DNA from: a bacterium
Lineage (GTDB): Bacteria; Ratteibacteria; UBA8468; B48-G9; JAFGKM01
Length of the DNA stretch: 64,000 nt
NCBI GenBank assembly: GCA_023230585.1
Contig: JALNXB010000005.1
Location: forward strand, 6,489-70,488
Direction: 5' to 3'
Shown: positions 1 to 10,017 of the stretch, piece after piece
Layout of the letters: each line of letters opens with the position of its first letter
How positions within the stretch are numbered: position 1 is the first letter of the stretch
Program-made: the position numbers and the translations under genes
The notes under the pieces: model-generated
Told to the model about the DNA's origin: nothing
What the model saw: the letters and a program-made list of their open reading frames with translations, nothing else
Databases searched by the model: none

Positions 1-2
1 AT

Positions 3-917
3 ATGATGAAAATGAAAATAAAAAAACTAAAAAAAGAGGTTCTACATTTATCTATCTTTATAAATTCTGTTATATTCTTCTATTTTTTGAAGGCAATGCC
101 AATATTTACCTACAAAACAATTAGTAGGTTTCTTGGAGTGTTATCTTTTGCTTTTATGGGCTCTACAAAAAAGAGAATCATAAATAATTTAAAGATATCT
201 TATGGTGACAAATTTAGTCTGGAAGAAAGAAAAGAGATTGGTAAGGATATATTTTCTAATATAGTTTTTTCTTTTTGTGAGTTGGTTGGAACAACAAAAC
301 TTAACACCCAACAAATTATAGATATGGCTGAAATAGAAGGCGAAGAAATACTAAAAAGCGCCTTAAAAACTGGTAAAGGTGTTGTTGGGGTATGCTCACA
401 TATGGGTAACTTTCCTTTACTTCAATATATCCTTGTAAAAAAAGGTTACCCTGCAAACGTTATAATTAAAGCTCCATCGGCGTCTCTTTTTGCTAAATTC
501 TGCGATAAACTTATAAGGGGAGCAGGGGTAACATATATTTCAAAACAAAACGCAAGAAAAACCATTACAGAAGCTCAAGATTGGATGGCAGCCAATAGAG
601 GTGTCCTCTCTTTTTACCTTGACCAGCACGCAAGCAACGGAACTCCTACTCAATTTTTTGGGAAGAAGGTCTTTGCTCCAAATGGGGCTGCTCTCTTTGC
701 AAAAAAATATAATTGCCTTGCTCTTGGGATTTTTTCTTATAGAATGAAAAGCGGTAAACATAAGATAATCATCGAAGGACCTTACCCATTGAAGGAGACC
801 AACAACATAAATGAAGACCTAATAGCAAACACCTCTTACTTTATGGAGAGAGTTGAGCATTATGTAAAAGCAGCTCCAGAACAATGGTTTTCGTGGCTCC
901 ACCGACGTTTTAGATAG
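3..917 (+). CDS. Lipid A biosynthesis (Kdo2-lipid IVA) acyltransferase family protein, LpxL/HtrB-like
   Basis: N-terminal TM helix followed by an acyltransferase domain with an H(X)4-type motif (CSHMGNFP) typical of the LpxL/LpxM lysophospholipid acyltransferase family; the 304-aa length fits. Confidence 0.55.
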   Translation: MMKMKIKKLKKEVLHLSIFINSVIFFYFLKAMPIFTYKTISRFLGVLSFAFMGSTKKRIINNLKISYGDKFSLEERKEIGKDIFSNIVFSFCELVGTTKLNTQQIIDMAEIEGEEILKSALKTGKGVVGVCSHMGNFPLLQYILVKKGYPANVIIKAPSASLFAKFCDKLIRGAGVTYISKQNARKTITEAQDWMAANRGVLSFYLDQHASNGTPTQFFGKKVFAPNGAALFAKKYNCLALGIFSYRMKSGKHKIIIEGPYPLKETNNINEDLIANTSYFMERVEHYVKAAPEQWFSWLHRRFR

Positions 918-963
918 CCATATATTCTTTTAAGCAAAACACTACAAATATCCTAAAAATTAG

Positions 964-1752
964 TTACCATTCCAACAGTTCTGGAGGATTATTTCCAATC
1001 TTTACCCACCAGAACGGTGTAGCAGTTTTGCGATGTTTTCTTGTTGCTTCAATAAAACGGACAGTATTTACTGACTCAACGTGTCCATCAACAAATAGAA
1101 GGTTCTGATGCCCTGAATGCCTGAAATGCGTCATTCCTGTCGCCGAGTAAGGAGCATCAATAGACCCAGAGTCAGCTTCAAAATTTTGGTGGTTGTAATA
1201 CGGGTGACCTGGTTTAAAGTAATTCTCCTCGGCAATTGCTTCTCCTATAATCCAGGCGTCAGACTGGTACTGAGTAATACGCCCTAAATTTATATATCCT
1301 GCAGTCCATAAAAGAGTCCATGTGCCAGAAACATACCCACCATTAAAGGGGTCTGCATTCCGTTCACTACGTCTTGCATAAGTCGCATTTGGTTTATTTG
1401 AGTCGGCTTGATAAGGCAAAGCTGATGGGCAAACGACTATATCAGGGGATATATATCCTTTAAGGGGTCCTGACCATACAGAATTTATCTTTATATGCAT
1501 CCAGTTTTCCCAATCCTCAGCATACATAGCAAGCCCCAAACCTACCTGTTTGAGGTTGTTTATACAGACGGCAGATTTTGCCCGTGCCCGTGCTTTAGAG
1601 AGTGCAGGCAGAAGCATACCTGCAAGGATAGCTATAATCGCTATGACTACCAGTAGTTCTATTAAAGTAAAACCTTGCCTTAAAAGGTTTAAAGTATTAG
1701 GTGCCTTAGATTTTTTTGAATGACATAAGATCGGCACTTTTGATTTTTTCAT
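964..1752 (-). CDS. Prepilin-type N-terminal cleavage/methylation domain protein, H-X9-DG (DUF1559) family
   Basis: Class III signal ...LLRQ|[33 protein letters not shown] and C-terminal [12 protein letters not shown] (H-X9-DG). Start taken at the internal Met (MKKSKVP...); the ORF extends upstream to 1812. Confidence 0.8.
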   Translation of the reverse strand: MKKSKVPILCHSKKSKAPNTLNLLRQGFTLIELLVVIAIIAILAGMLLPALSKARARAKSAVCINNLKQVGLGLAMYAEDWENWMHIKINSVWSGPLKGYISPDIVVCPSALPYQADSNKPNATYARRSERNADPFNGGYVSGTWTLLWTAGYINLGRITQYQSDAWIIGEAIAEENYFKPGHPYYNHQNFEADSGSIDAPYSATGMTHFRHSGHQNLLFVDGHVESVNTVRFIEATRKHRKTATPFWWVKIGNNPPELLEW

Positions 1753-1851
1753 TTTTATCACCTCGCTTATTTTTTCAAATAATACAATTTTCACTTGAAA
1801 ACTCCCCTCCAATATATTACAGGGAAGTTTTAACTCTGTTTATACTCAACA

Positions 1852-2633
1852 TCAATACCCATCATTAAGGGTTCTTAATCTTCCATCACGGTTTGTCATA
1901 GATGTTGTGCTTCTGGTATTGTTAGGGACTGCCTCTTGAGGTATTTCTCTATATAGATGGCTGTCGCTACCACTGCGAGGCAAGGTAGATACCCATTTTG
2001 CGTGACCTCCAACATACAATATGTTTACGCCATCCCACCCATGGTTATGGTTTTTATGTGTGAAAAGATAACCGCTACCTGCTGGCTTTTCCCAGAATAC
2101 TTGAGAAAAATTGTAAGCCGCCTTAGTATCTGCCATAATAGCAGTGTCAGGGTGAGTCTGTATGTTTAACCCATAAGCATAAGCGTAAGAACAGGTCGGA
2201 GTTAAGTTAGATGCTACAGGGTCAGCAGCAGTGATGAGTTTACCAGGGATATTAACATCAGGTTTATGTGTAGTGCTTGGACATATAAATAGTTTGTAGT
2301 TTGTTACGTATGGTGTGGTGTGGTGTCAAGTTCAGGTGAATCGTTCCCTTCAGAGTCTTCAGGATATATCTGCCCGGTAAGTAGTGCAAGAGAAACATTT
2401 GTTACAGACCTGTCTACTTCGTGGTCGTGTGTAGGAAACCATCCATCCCAATCTTGAGCATAGATATATAAAACTACACCAAGCTGTTTAAGATTATTCA
2501 AGCAAGTAGCCCTGTTTGTCTTCTCTTTTGCTTTTGCCAACGCTGGAAGGAGCATTGCAGCAAGAATAGCTATAATAGCAATAACAACAAGTAGTTCGAT
2601 AAGAGTAAACCCGATATTTTTTTTATTTCTCAT
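1852..2633 (-). pseudogene. H-X9-DG/DUF1559 prepilin-like paralog disrupted by a frameshift (5-bp tandem duplication in a (TGGTG)3 tract at 2311-2326)
   Basis: ORF 2304..2633 encodes the prepilin N-terminus ([37 protein letters not shown]...ELDTTPHHT*). An offset frame from 2325 down to 1852 encodes the remainder ([12 protein letters not shown]...NHNHGWDGVNILYVGGH...), collinear with the intact paralog at 5428..6228. Deleting one ACACC unit (minus sense) gives a continuous ...[17 protein letters not shown]... Confidence 0.75.
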
Positions 2634-2698
2634 ACTGTGTCACCTCCTCTTATTATTGTTTTGTTAATATTTTTTTACCTTTTTACAAACAAATCTAT

Positions 2699-2736
2699 AT
2701 AAAAATTCGCCCTTGCTTATATTATAAAACAAGGGC
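2699..2736 (-). terminator. Rho-independent terminator candidate downstream of pcm
   Basis: Hairpin gcccttg-(14 nt loop)-caagggc at 2709-2736, followed on the minus strand by a U-rich run (plus-strand aaaaatt at 2701-2707). Confidence 0.5.
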
Positions 2737-2858
2737 GTGATTCGCTATTATTTTACCCTATCTATCAATTTTGTCAAAAATTCTAATTCCTATTAACCCC
2801 ACTTCTCGTTTCGTTTTTGTAGGAAGAGAAACTATAAAAGAACATCATTATATGTTTA

Positions 2859-3491
2859 CTACCAACCTTCTTTTCCTTCAAGATTTACAAATCGACACCC
2901 TCCAAGTTCCTCTATTACTCTTTTACCTTTAACTTTTTTTATAAGGGTCAATTCTTGATAATGTAAATCTCCGATAGGAATTACCATTCTACCTTCCTCT
3001 CTCAATTGGTTAAAGAGAGAGTTAGGCATAGTAGGTCCTCCGGCAGTAACTATTATTCCATCATAAGGGCTAAACTCCTGCCAACCGAGGGTTCCATCGC
3101 CAACTTTTATTTTTACATTGTAACCAAGTTGTTTCAAAACCTTTTCTGCTCTTTGGGCAAGTTCAGAACGTTTTTCAATTGAATATAGAACGCACCCCAT
3201 CTCTGCAAGTATAGCTGATTGGTAACCGCTTCCAGTTCCAATCTCAAGAATTTTATCATTCTTAGAAATGTTTAATGCCTGAGTCATAAGAGCAACAATA
3301 TAGGGTTGGCTTATTGTCTGACCTTCTCCTATAAGAACAGGCGAATCATTATAAGCAAAATGTCTTAAATCTTTTGGGACAAACAGTTCGCGAGGTACTC
3401 TTAAGAAAGCGTTTAGAACATTTTTATCTCTTATACCTCGAGGTATAAGTTGAGAATCTACCATCTCTTTTCTAAGTTTTAAAAAATCCAT
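2859..3491 (-). CDS. pcm: Protein-L-isoaspartate O-methyltransferase
   Basis: Motifs ISQPYIVALMTQAL and LEIGTGSGYQSAILAEM (SAM-binding); the 210-aa length is typical of PCMT. Confidence 0.9.
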   Translation of the reverse strand: MDFLKLRKEMVDSQLIPRGIRDKNVLNAFLRVPRELFVPKDLRHFAYNDSPVLIGEGQTISQPYIVALMTQALNISKNDKILEIGTGSGYQSAILAEMGCVLYSIEKRSELAQRAEKVLKQLGYNVKIKVGDGTLGWQEFSPYDGIIVTAGGPTMPNSLFNQLREEGRMVIPIGDLHYQELTLIKKVKGKRVIEELGGCRFVNLEGKEGW

Positions 3492-3587
3492 ATTTTATTA
3501 AAAATACTTTCATAATTATAAAATTACTAATTTTAGGTTTGTTACAGTAATAATTATTAAAATGTTTAATTAGACAAAATAAATCAA

Positions 3588-4631
3588 TTATTTTTTGGAG
3601 TCAAAAACTCTTAGGGCATTTTCAAAAAATATATCTTCTTTCAACTGCAAAGTTTCTTCTTTACTTAAACTGAGGGACTCTATATTATCTTTAATGGCTT
3701 TTATAACGTGGTAGGTATTATAGGTAAGCATACTCCTTTCTTGAGCAAATTGTGCCTGTATTGCAGGATCTGACCAGATATAGTCGTCCCGAGTAATAAA
3801 GGTCCATTCTTTATCAATCCCGGTAATCAACCCAAAAGGGAAATCCGACGCAAAAAGAAGTTTCTTTCTCATCATTTTATCTGCAAATGCTTTTGCGTAC
3901 ACACTATGTACTGCCGCACATGAAACATCGAAAAAAACTTGTTCAAGTTCAGAAATACCTGAATCCATAAACTTGAAAAATTGTTCAGGGTAAACATACC
4001 TACCCATATGAGCAAGTATAACTTTTATTTGTGGAAAGTTTTTGGTAAGATTTTTTATAAATTTTTGGTTGGTCTCTTCGCACATACCTTCACCAGATGT
4101 ATGTAGCATCAATACAAGTTTTTCTTTATTCATAAATTCCAACAAAGAAGTAGGTACAAACTCTTCAGTTCTTGTCTGGATATTGGGTTTACCCAAAAAA
4201 TCAAAGTACGGCTTTATACCGCTAAACAGAATACCCGAATCTTTCATATAATAAAACTGGTCAACAGTCTTATCTATGTTAAACGGGTCTGTAAGTAGAA
4301 ACCCATATATATTATTGTTAACTGCCAGAAGGTCCCCAACATATCGGTTTGCTGCATCTATATCTACTTCCATAAGAGGGAATCCGAAAGCACAAATATT
4401 CAAAATCTTTTTACCGTTATACAAGTTTTTATATGCAAACAAAAGTTCTTCGATAGTAAATGATGTAAAAAAGCACAAAGGTTTCTCTGCTCTCTCTGGA
4501 CTGATTTTTTTCATAATACCTACAGGGCCAATATGAGTATGAGCATCAAAAATCTTTTCAGGTACCCATTCCCGTAACTCATTTTCCCAAAGACCTATAT
4601 GGTCCTGATACCTACTTGTTTGTTTGTCCAT
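3588..4631 (-). CDS. Amidohydrolase-2 family metal-dependent hydrolase (TIM barrel)
   Basis: DAHTHIG near the N-terminus, ILAHMG and FASDFPF motifs; an Amidohydro_2/ACMSD-like signature. Confidence 0.55.
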   Translation of the reverse strand: MDKQTSRYQDHIGLWENELREWVPEKIFDAHTHIGPVGIMKKISPERAEKPLCFFTSFTIEELLFAYKNLYNGKKILNICAFGFPLMEVDIDAANRYVGDLLAVNNNIYGFLLTDPFNIDKTVDQFYYMKDSGILFSGIKPYFDFLGKPNIQTRTEEFVPTSLLEFMNKEKLVLMLHTSGEGMCEETNQKFIKNLTKNFPQIKVILAHMGRYVYPEQFFKFMDSGISELEQVFFDVSCAAVHSVYAKAFADKMMRKKLLFASDFPFGLITGIDKEWTFITRDDYIWSDPAIQAQFAQERSMLTYNTYHVIKAIKDNIESLSLSKEETLQLKEDIFFENALRVFDSKK

Positions 4632-4655
4632 TATGCCAAAGATTACAAAAAATCC

Positions 4656-5405
4656 TTAGTCTCCCCAGGAAAGTTTTTTTTGTGTTTGATCTTGCAAAAG
4701 TATCCACCAAAAGCGGTAATTAGCAACTTCCCCTGTGTGAGTCATAGTTGCTTCTTGGAATCTATTTTCTGTTGCGGTTTCCACATGTCCATCCATAAAA
4801 AGAAGGTTTATTAAACCGTTATGCCGAAAATGTGCAGTTCCATAAGCACTCGGCGCAGTCATAGTCCCTTGCTGTGTGTTCATACGTTGGCATAGATAAT
4901 AAGAACCACCAGGCAAAGAATTCGCCCAGCCACCAGGTATTGGTATTGTAAAAGAATCAGCAAAAATCCATAAATCACTTCTTTTATAGTCTATTGCAGA
5001 AGGACGAAACCATCCACTTGACGCATTAAAATAAGTATTAGTATTCCCACCATAAAGATAACCGCTTCTCCACCCATAATAACTGTCAGCCGGGCTTCTT
5101 GTATATTCATAAGGTTTTGCTGAAGGGCAACATATAACCTTTGGGTCTATATATCCTGTATAATTCCCGTATGTTTTGCCTTCTTTTGGGTGTCCAGTAT
5201 TTATACGAGTGTTAGCCCATCCATCCCAATCCTCTGCATACATAAGGATACCTAAACCGACCTGTTTTAAGTTGCTAACACAGGTTGCTGCTTTAGCTCT
5301 TGCCCTTGCTTTACTCAAAGCAGGTAACAACATCCCTGCCAAAATTGCTATTATAGCAATAACCACAAGCAACTCTATTAGAGTAAAACCTTTTTTTCTT
5401 TTCAT
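4656..5405 (-). CDS. Prepilin-type N-terminal cleavage/methylation domain protein, H-X9-DG (DUF1559) family
   Basis: [38 protein letters not shown] leader plus pilin N-terminus; C-terminal [12 protein letters not shown] (H-X9-DG). Confidence 0.8.
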   Translation of the reverse strand: MKRKKGFTLIELLVVIAIIAILAGMLLPALSKARARAKAATCVSNLKQVGLGILMYAEDWDGWANTRINTGHPKEGKTYGNYTGYIDPKVICCPSAKPYEYTRSPADSYYGWRSGYLYGGNTNTYFNASSGWFRPSAIDYKRSDLWIFADSFTIPIPGGWANSLPGGSYYLCQRMNTQQGTMTAPSAYGTAHFRHNGLINLLFMDGHVETATENRFQEATMTHTGEVANYRFWWILLQDQTQKKLSWGD

Positions 5406-5427
5406 TAAATATCACCTCACTTGTTTT

Positions 5428-6228
5428 TTAATCCCACCATTTAGGAGAAGGCATCATCAAACGTGTTGGGCTATTATCCACTAAACTTTCGCCTTGATAA
5501 GGAGAAAAATAAAATTGTGATCTGTTGATAGCTAACCATTGGGCTATTCCAGGATTTCTTTTTGGTAAAGCGGCAGTAGATATTGTTGTGGCTCTACCAT
5601 CAACATAAAGAACATTTAACCCATCACAACCGTGGTTCTCATTCCTCTCGTACAGACGCCAGCCATACCCAGAACCAAAATCTGCTGCTGGTGCATCCAC
5701 CATAATAACAGTTTCTGGGTGTGTTTGCACGCTTAGACCAGCTGCATACATATAGGTTAGTGAGCACCCCTCTGGGGTTTTGTCTGCACTTAAACGAGTC
5801 GAAACATCCCTATATAGAGCGCCTTTAGGGTTTGTTGATGGTTTCCACCCGCTCTTATTTCCTGGGCAGATAAAGAGCCGATAATCTGATACATATTTTG
5901 GGGTTTCAAGAGATGGTTCTTCGGGGTTAGGCATACCTACAAGAAGTCCAAGAGAACAGTTGGTTTTTGATGAAAAATGTCCATAACCTGATGCAGAAGC
6001 CCAGTATGTATCATCAAAATTATAGTAAGGGAACCAGCCGCCCCAATCTTGAGCGTACATATTTAAAGCAAGACCTAATTGCCTCAAGTTATTCATACAA
6101 GCTGTCATCCGTGCTCTTGCCCTTGCTCTGTCGAGGGCTGGTAACAACATAGAAGCTAAAATCCCTATAATAGCAATAACAACAAGCAATTCTATAAGAG
6201 TAAACCCTCTTTTTTGTTTTTCTCTCAT
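5428..6228 (-). CDS. Prepilin-type N-terminal cleavage/methylation domain protein, H-X9-DG-like (DUF1559) family
   Basis: [40 protein letters not shown]; C-terminal [16 protein letters not shown]. Confidence 0.8.
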   Translation of the reverse strand: MREKQKRGFTLIELLVVIAIIGILASMLLPALDRARARARMTACMNNLRQLGLALNMYAQDWGGWFPYYNFDDTYWASASGYGHFSSKTNCSLGLLVGMPNPEEPSLETPKYVSDYRLFICPGNKSGWKPSTNPKGALYRDVSTRLSADKTPEGCSLTYMYAAGLSVQTHPETVIMVDAPAADFGSGYGWRLYERNENHGCDGLNVLYVDGRATTISTAALPKRNPGIAQWLAINRSQFYFSPYQGESLVDNSPTRLMMPSPKWWD

Positions 6229-6444
6229 ACTTATATCACCTCCTTATTTTTTTCAATAAACCTGCCTGTATAATCTCTGTTGGTATTACTCAAACAGAGT
6301 TATATTTAATATATTAGTACAGATGCACAGAGGTCAAAAAAAGTAGAGACTCACTCAAATTTTTAAACTTAACTCTAATTCTATTCTACCTTTTTACATT
6401 AAATTTTGTCAAGTTTTAGGTATAGGAAGGTGAATACCACCGTT

Positions 6445-7137
6445 TTATTTTTTTATTTTACGTATCGGCGGAAAAAGTATTGAAGCAAGCATTATAAAAA
6501 ATCTTTTGGTATCAGTAAGGGGTCTTATTTTACTTTTTTCATCATCATAAATGGTTGAAATTAATACCGAAGATATCCCAAAACCTTTCCAGGAAGCTTT
6601 TATAAGAATCTCTGATTCTGTCTCAAAATGTGAGGTGTTAAGTTTTATTGAAGATAGAACCTCTTTTTTTATCAACCTAAACCCGCTCTGAGTGTCTGGT
6701 ATCCATTGGCAAGCAACCCCAGAGATTAAAACAGACATACTTATATTTGTTAACCGTCTTATAAGAGGCATTTTTGTGCCTTTAATTTTTCGTTTCCCTA
6801 CCCATATACTTGCCCTTTGATTTCTTTTGTATGCCCTTAAAAATCCCGGTATATCTTCAATTGGGTGTTGACCATCTCCATCAAGGGTAATAACTGCAGG
6901 TATACCTTTTTCAAGAATATATCTAAACCCTGTTTTTAAAGCCTCACCTTTACCTTTGCATACAGGATGACTCAACACTAACGCCCCACCCTCTTTTGCA
7001 TAAATATTTGTATTATCTGTTGACCCATCATCTACAACTATAACATTTGAATATTCTTTCTTAAGTTTTGATACCAACGCCCCAATATTCTTCTCTTCGT
7101 TATGTGCTGGTATAAGAATACCTATCTTATCCTTCAT
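6445..7137 (-). CDS. Family 2 glycosyltransferase (dolichyl-phosphate mannosyltransferase-like)
   Basis: ILIPAHNEEKNI...VVDDGSTDNT...TLDGDGQHP, a GT2 DxD-type signature; overlaps the recG end by 11 nt. Confidence 0.8.
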   Translation of the reverse strand: MKDKIGILIPAHNEEKNIGALVSKLKKEYSNVIVVDDGSTDNTNIYAKEGGALVLSHPVCKGKGEALKTGFRYILEKGIPAVITLDGDGQHPIEDIPGFLRAYKRNQRASIWVGKRKIKGTKMPLIRRLTNISMSVLISGVACQWIPDTQSGFRLIKKEVLSSIKLNTSHFETESEILIKASWKGFGISSVLISTIYDDEKSKIRPLTDTKRFFIMLASILFPPIRKIKK

Positions 7138-9142
7138 TTATGCTCCTTATCAAAAATTTTTTCATAATCTCTTCTTCTGGCATAGTTTCAAATAGTTCTT
7201 CTGCTTTTAATCTTGCGATTTTTAATACCTCAAGGTCTCTGACTATGTTGCCAATTTTTAAAGGTGGGATACCGTGTTGCCTTGTTCCCATTAGGTCGCC
7301 CTGCCCTCTTATTTTGAGGTCTATTTCTGCTATTTCAAACCCGCTCTGAGAAGTAGCAAAGTTTTCTAACCTTTCCATTATTTCGTCTTGTTGAGTATAT
7401 GAAATAAGCATACAATACCCAGTATCTCCACTCCTTCCAACTCTACCTCTAAGTTGATGAAGTTGAGCAAGCCCAAACCTTTCTGCCTGTTCGATAATTA
7501 TATATGAAGCTTCAGGCACATCTATACCCGACTCAATAACCGTTGTAGAAACAAGGATAGATGTTTTTCCTGCCCTAAAATTTTTCATTATCTCTTCTTT
7601 TTCCTGATATGGGATTTTTCCGTGTATTAGTGAAATAGAAGTAGATGGTAACCTTCTTTTTATTCTCTCGTATTCTTTAACTGCCGACTCAATATCTTCT
7701 TTTGTATCAATAGCCGGAGTAACCACATAACCCTGCTTGCCTTCTGAAGACTGGTACTCAAGAAACTGATATATTTTTTCTTTCTCATCTTTCTGGAACA
7801 GGTAGGTTGCAACTTTCCTTTCACCTTTAGGAAGTTCTCCTATAGTGGAAATATCAAGAGCTCCGTAAAAAGTCATAGCAACACTTCTTGGTATAGGGGT
7901 AGCGCTCATAACAATATAGTGAGGGTTATCGCCTTTCTGTTTAAGAACTTCTCGTTGCTCTACGCCAAACTTGTGTTGTTCATCCACCACTACCATCTTA
8001 AGGTTTTTAAAAGAGAGTTTTTCGGTAATAATTGAATGGGTTCCTATAACAACATTAATTTCACCATTGTTAAGTTGGTCTCTAACATTTCTCTTCTCTT
8101 TTTCTGACATCTGCCCTAACAGAATTGCAACAGATAAGTTTTCCTTCATAAAGAAATCTTGCCAATTAAGATAATGTTGTTCAGCAAGTATTTCTGTTGG
8201 AGCCAAGAAAGCCGATTGGTACCCCTGTTTAGCAAAAAGCCATAAAGCAAAGATTGCCACCACAGTCTTCCCTGAACCTACTTCTCCGTGTATCAATCGT
8301 CTTATTGATTTACCTTGGTTAATATCAGAAACAATCTCTTCCATAACTATCTTTTGAGATTTGGTTAATTTAAAAGGTAGTAGAGATTCAAATTTTTTGA
8401 TTGATTTCTTTTCTATGACAGTAAAAGAACCAGCAGGTAAAGCCTGTTCAGCTTTTTTATTTATAAGTAGGTTAAGTTGTAGTATAAAAAACTCTCTAAA
8501 AATAAGGTAACTTCTTGCTTTTTCAAGGTTCATATCAGATAAAGGAAAATGTATGTTTTGTAAAGCAAACCTTATACTTGTAAGTCCAAGTTCTTGTCTT
8601 TCTTTTAATGAAAACATCTCAACAATTTCATCGTCGAGTGTACTTAAAACAAGTTTTACCAGTTTTCTCATATACTTTTGGGTTAGCCCTCCTGATAAAG
8701 AATACAAAGGCAAAAGCCAATCTCTTCTACCAGGCTGTTCCTCTTCATAGAGAGGGTTGCTCATCTGAGCAACACCTTTATAAACACCTACCTTACCGTG
8801 TAAAAAAAATTCTTTACCTACCTGAAAAACATCTTTTAGGTACGGTTGGTTAAAAAACATTACTGGAATAAAACCTGTATTGTCAGAAATTATAACTTTA
8901 AGATAACTAACTCTACCTCTTACCCTTCTTTCTTCTCTTCCTAAAACCTTCCCTTTTATTGAAGCCATCTCGTAAGGAATAAGTGCGGAGATTTTTTTAA
9001 AATTGCGTAGGTCAAGATATCTACGAGGGTAAAAAAATAGTAGGTCTTCTGCTATTTTAATATTTAATTTTCCGAGGTCTTTTTCTCTTTTTGGACCTAC
9101 TGAATTGAGTTGTGAAAAAGGAGTTTTAAGATTTAGATTCAT
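7127..9142 (-). CDS. recG: ATP-dependent DNA helicase RecG
   Basis: Walker A GEVGSGKT, DEQHKFGV, MSATPIPRS; 671 aa with an N-terminal wedge-type region; canonical RecG rather than TRCF, given the length. Confidence 0.85.
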   Translation of the reverse strand: MNLNLKTPFSQLNSVGPKREKDLGKLNIKIAEDLLFFYPRRYLDLRNFKKISALIPYEMASIKGKVLGREERRVRGRVSYLKVIISDNTGFIPVMFFNQPYLKDVFQVGKEFFLHGKVGVYKGVAQMSNPLYEEEQPGRRDWLLPLYSLSGGLTQKYMRKLVKLVLSTLDDEIVEMFSLKERQELGLTSIRFALQNIHFPLSDMNLEKARSYLIFREFFILQLNLLINKKAEQALPAGSFTVIEKKSIKKFESLLPFKLTKSQKIVMEEIVSDINQGKSIRRLIHGEVGSGKTVVAIFALWLFAKQGYQSAFLAPTEILAEQHYLNWQDFFMKENLSVAILLGQMSEKEKRNVRDQLNNGEINVVIGTHSIITEKLSFKNLKMVVVDEQHKFGVEQREVLKQKGDNPHYIVMSATPIPRSVAMTFYGALDISTIGELPKGERKVATYLFQKDEKEKIYQFLEYQSSEGKQGYVVTPAIDTKEDIESAVKEYERIKRRLPSTSISLIHGKIPYQEKEEIMKNFRAGKTSILVSTTVIESGIDVPEASYIIIEQAERFGLAQLHQLRGRVGRSGDTGYCMLISYTQQDEIMERLENFATSQSGFEIAEIDLKIRGQGDLMGTRQHGIPPLKIGNIVRDLEVLKIARLKAEELFETMPEEEIMKKFLIRSINEG

Positions 9143-9202
9143 TGTGTTTGTGTAAGAAGTTTTTCAAAAACGGAAAGTTCTACTTATATTTGCTGAGAAG
9201 TC

Positions 9203-9979
9203 TTAATTAATAAGAAATCCCATAAAGGTTAAACCTTTGTAGAAGAGTGAAATAATAGCCCCTATACCAAGATAGGGTCCAAAAGGCACATAATCTTCGA
9301 CCGTCTTCTTTTTTGTTACTATAAGAAAAAGACTTATAATTGTCCCTAAAAGAGAAGCAAAAAAGAGTGTTAAAAAGACGCTTTTCCAACCCAGAAAAGC
9401 CCCTATCATAGCAAGAAGTTTTACGTCTCCACCTCCCATTGCTTCTTTTTTAAAAAGAAACTTTCCAAACAAACTTAAAAAAATAAGAAGTCCACCACCT
9501 AATAAGATACCGAAAACAGAATATAGCAAACTTTGGATATTTGAAAGGCCGGTATGCATACTTGGGAAAAGAAAAGATAAGATAGGTCCTAAAACAACCA
9601 ACGGTAGAACAAAAACATCCGAAATAAGAAACGTGTCTATATCAATAAACCCTACTATTAAAAGAGAGTAAACAAAAAGTGTGTAAATAAAAAAGGCGGG
9701 ACTTAAACCAAACTTGTTAAATATAAGAAGAAATAGTATACCACTTAGAAGTTCAACCAAAAAATATCTTGCAGAAATTTTTTCACCACAAAATCTACAT
9801 TTTCCTTTTAATATAAGAAAACTCAAAAGTGGGATGTTGTCATAAAATTTTATGCTCTTACCACATTTAACACAAGATGAACCAGGGTTTATAAGAGATT
9901 TCCCTTTTGGTAATCTTAAAATAACAACATTAGCAAAACTTCCAAAAATAAGACCAAGTATAAATATAAGTATTTCCAT
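9203..9979 (-). CDS. pilD: Type IV prepilin peptidase / N-methyltransferase (A24 family)
   Basis: N-terminal CVKCG...CRFCG zinc-binding tetracysteine motif and a multi-TM A24 peptidase body (GGGDVKLLAMIGAFLGW). Confidence 0.85.
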   Translation of the reverse strand: MEILIFILGLIFGSFANVVILRLPKGKSLINPGSSCVKCGKSIKFYDNIPLLSFLILKGKCRFCGEKISARYFLVELLSGILFLLIFNKFGLSPAFFIYTLFVYSLLIVGFIDIDTFLISDVFVLPLVVLGPILSFLFPSMHTGLSNIQSLLYSVFGILLGGGLLIFLSLFGKFLFKKEAMGGGDVKLLAMIGAFLGWKSVFLTLFFASLLGTIISLFLIVTKKKTVEDYVPFGPYLGIGAIISLFYKGLTFMGFLIN

Positions 9980-10017
9980 AATGATATATAATAAATTAAA
10001 AAAAAGATAAAGTCAAT

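Noticed and set aside
540-761. Numerous 60-140 aa ORFs antisense to or nested within long CDSs (e.g. 540-761, 4042-4251, 8553-8853, 18342-19142, 22607-22915, 26692-27185, 40948-41322, 51749-52183)
   Set aside because: All lie inside well-supported genes on the opposite strand or in another frame. They are AT-rich and low-complexity, and none shows a homology signature.
1753-1812. N-terminal 20-aa extension of prepilin-like ORF 964-1812
   Set aside because: Class III signal peptides are short and basic. The internal Met (MKKSKVP...) gives a plausible leader ending at the G|F cleavage site.
1852-2633. Treating ORFs 1852-2136 and 2304-2633 as two separate small genes
   Set aside because: Together they are collinear with full-length H-X9-DG paralogs, and the frames join after removal of one pentamer. 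This is a single disrupted gene.
7127-9142. Possibility that the large helicase is a defence-associated or novel helicase
   Set aside because: Motif order and length match canonical RecG. It is flanked by housekeeping genes, with no nuclease or methylase partner.
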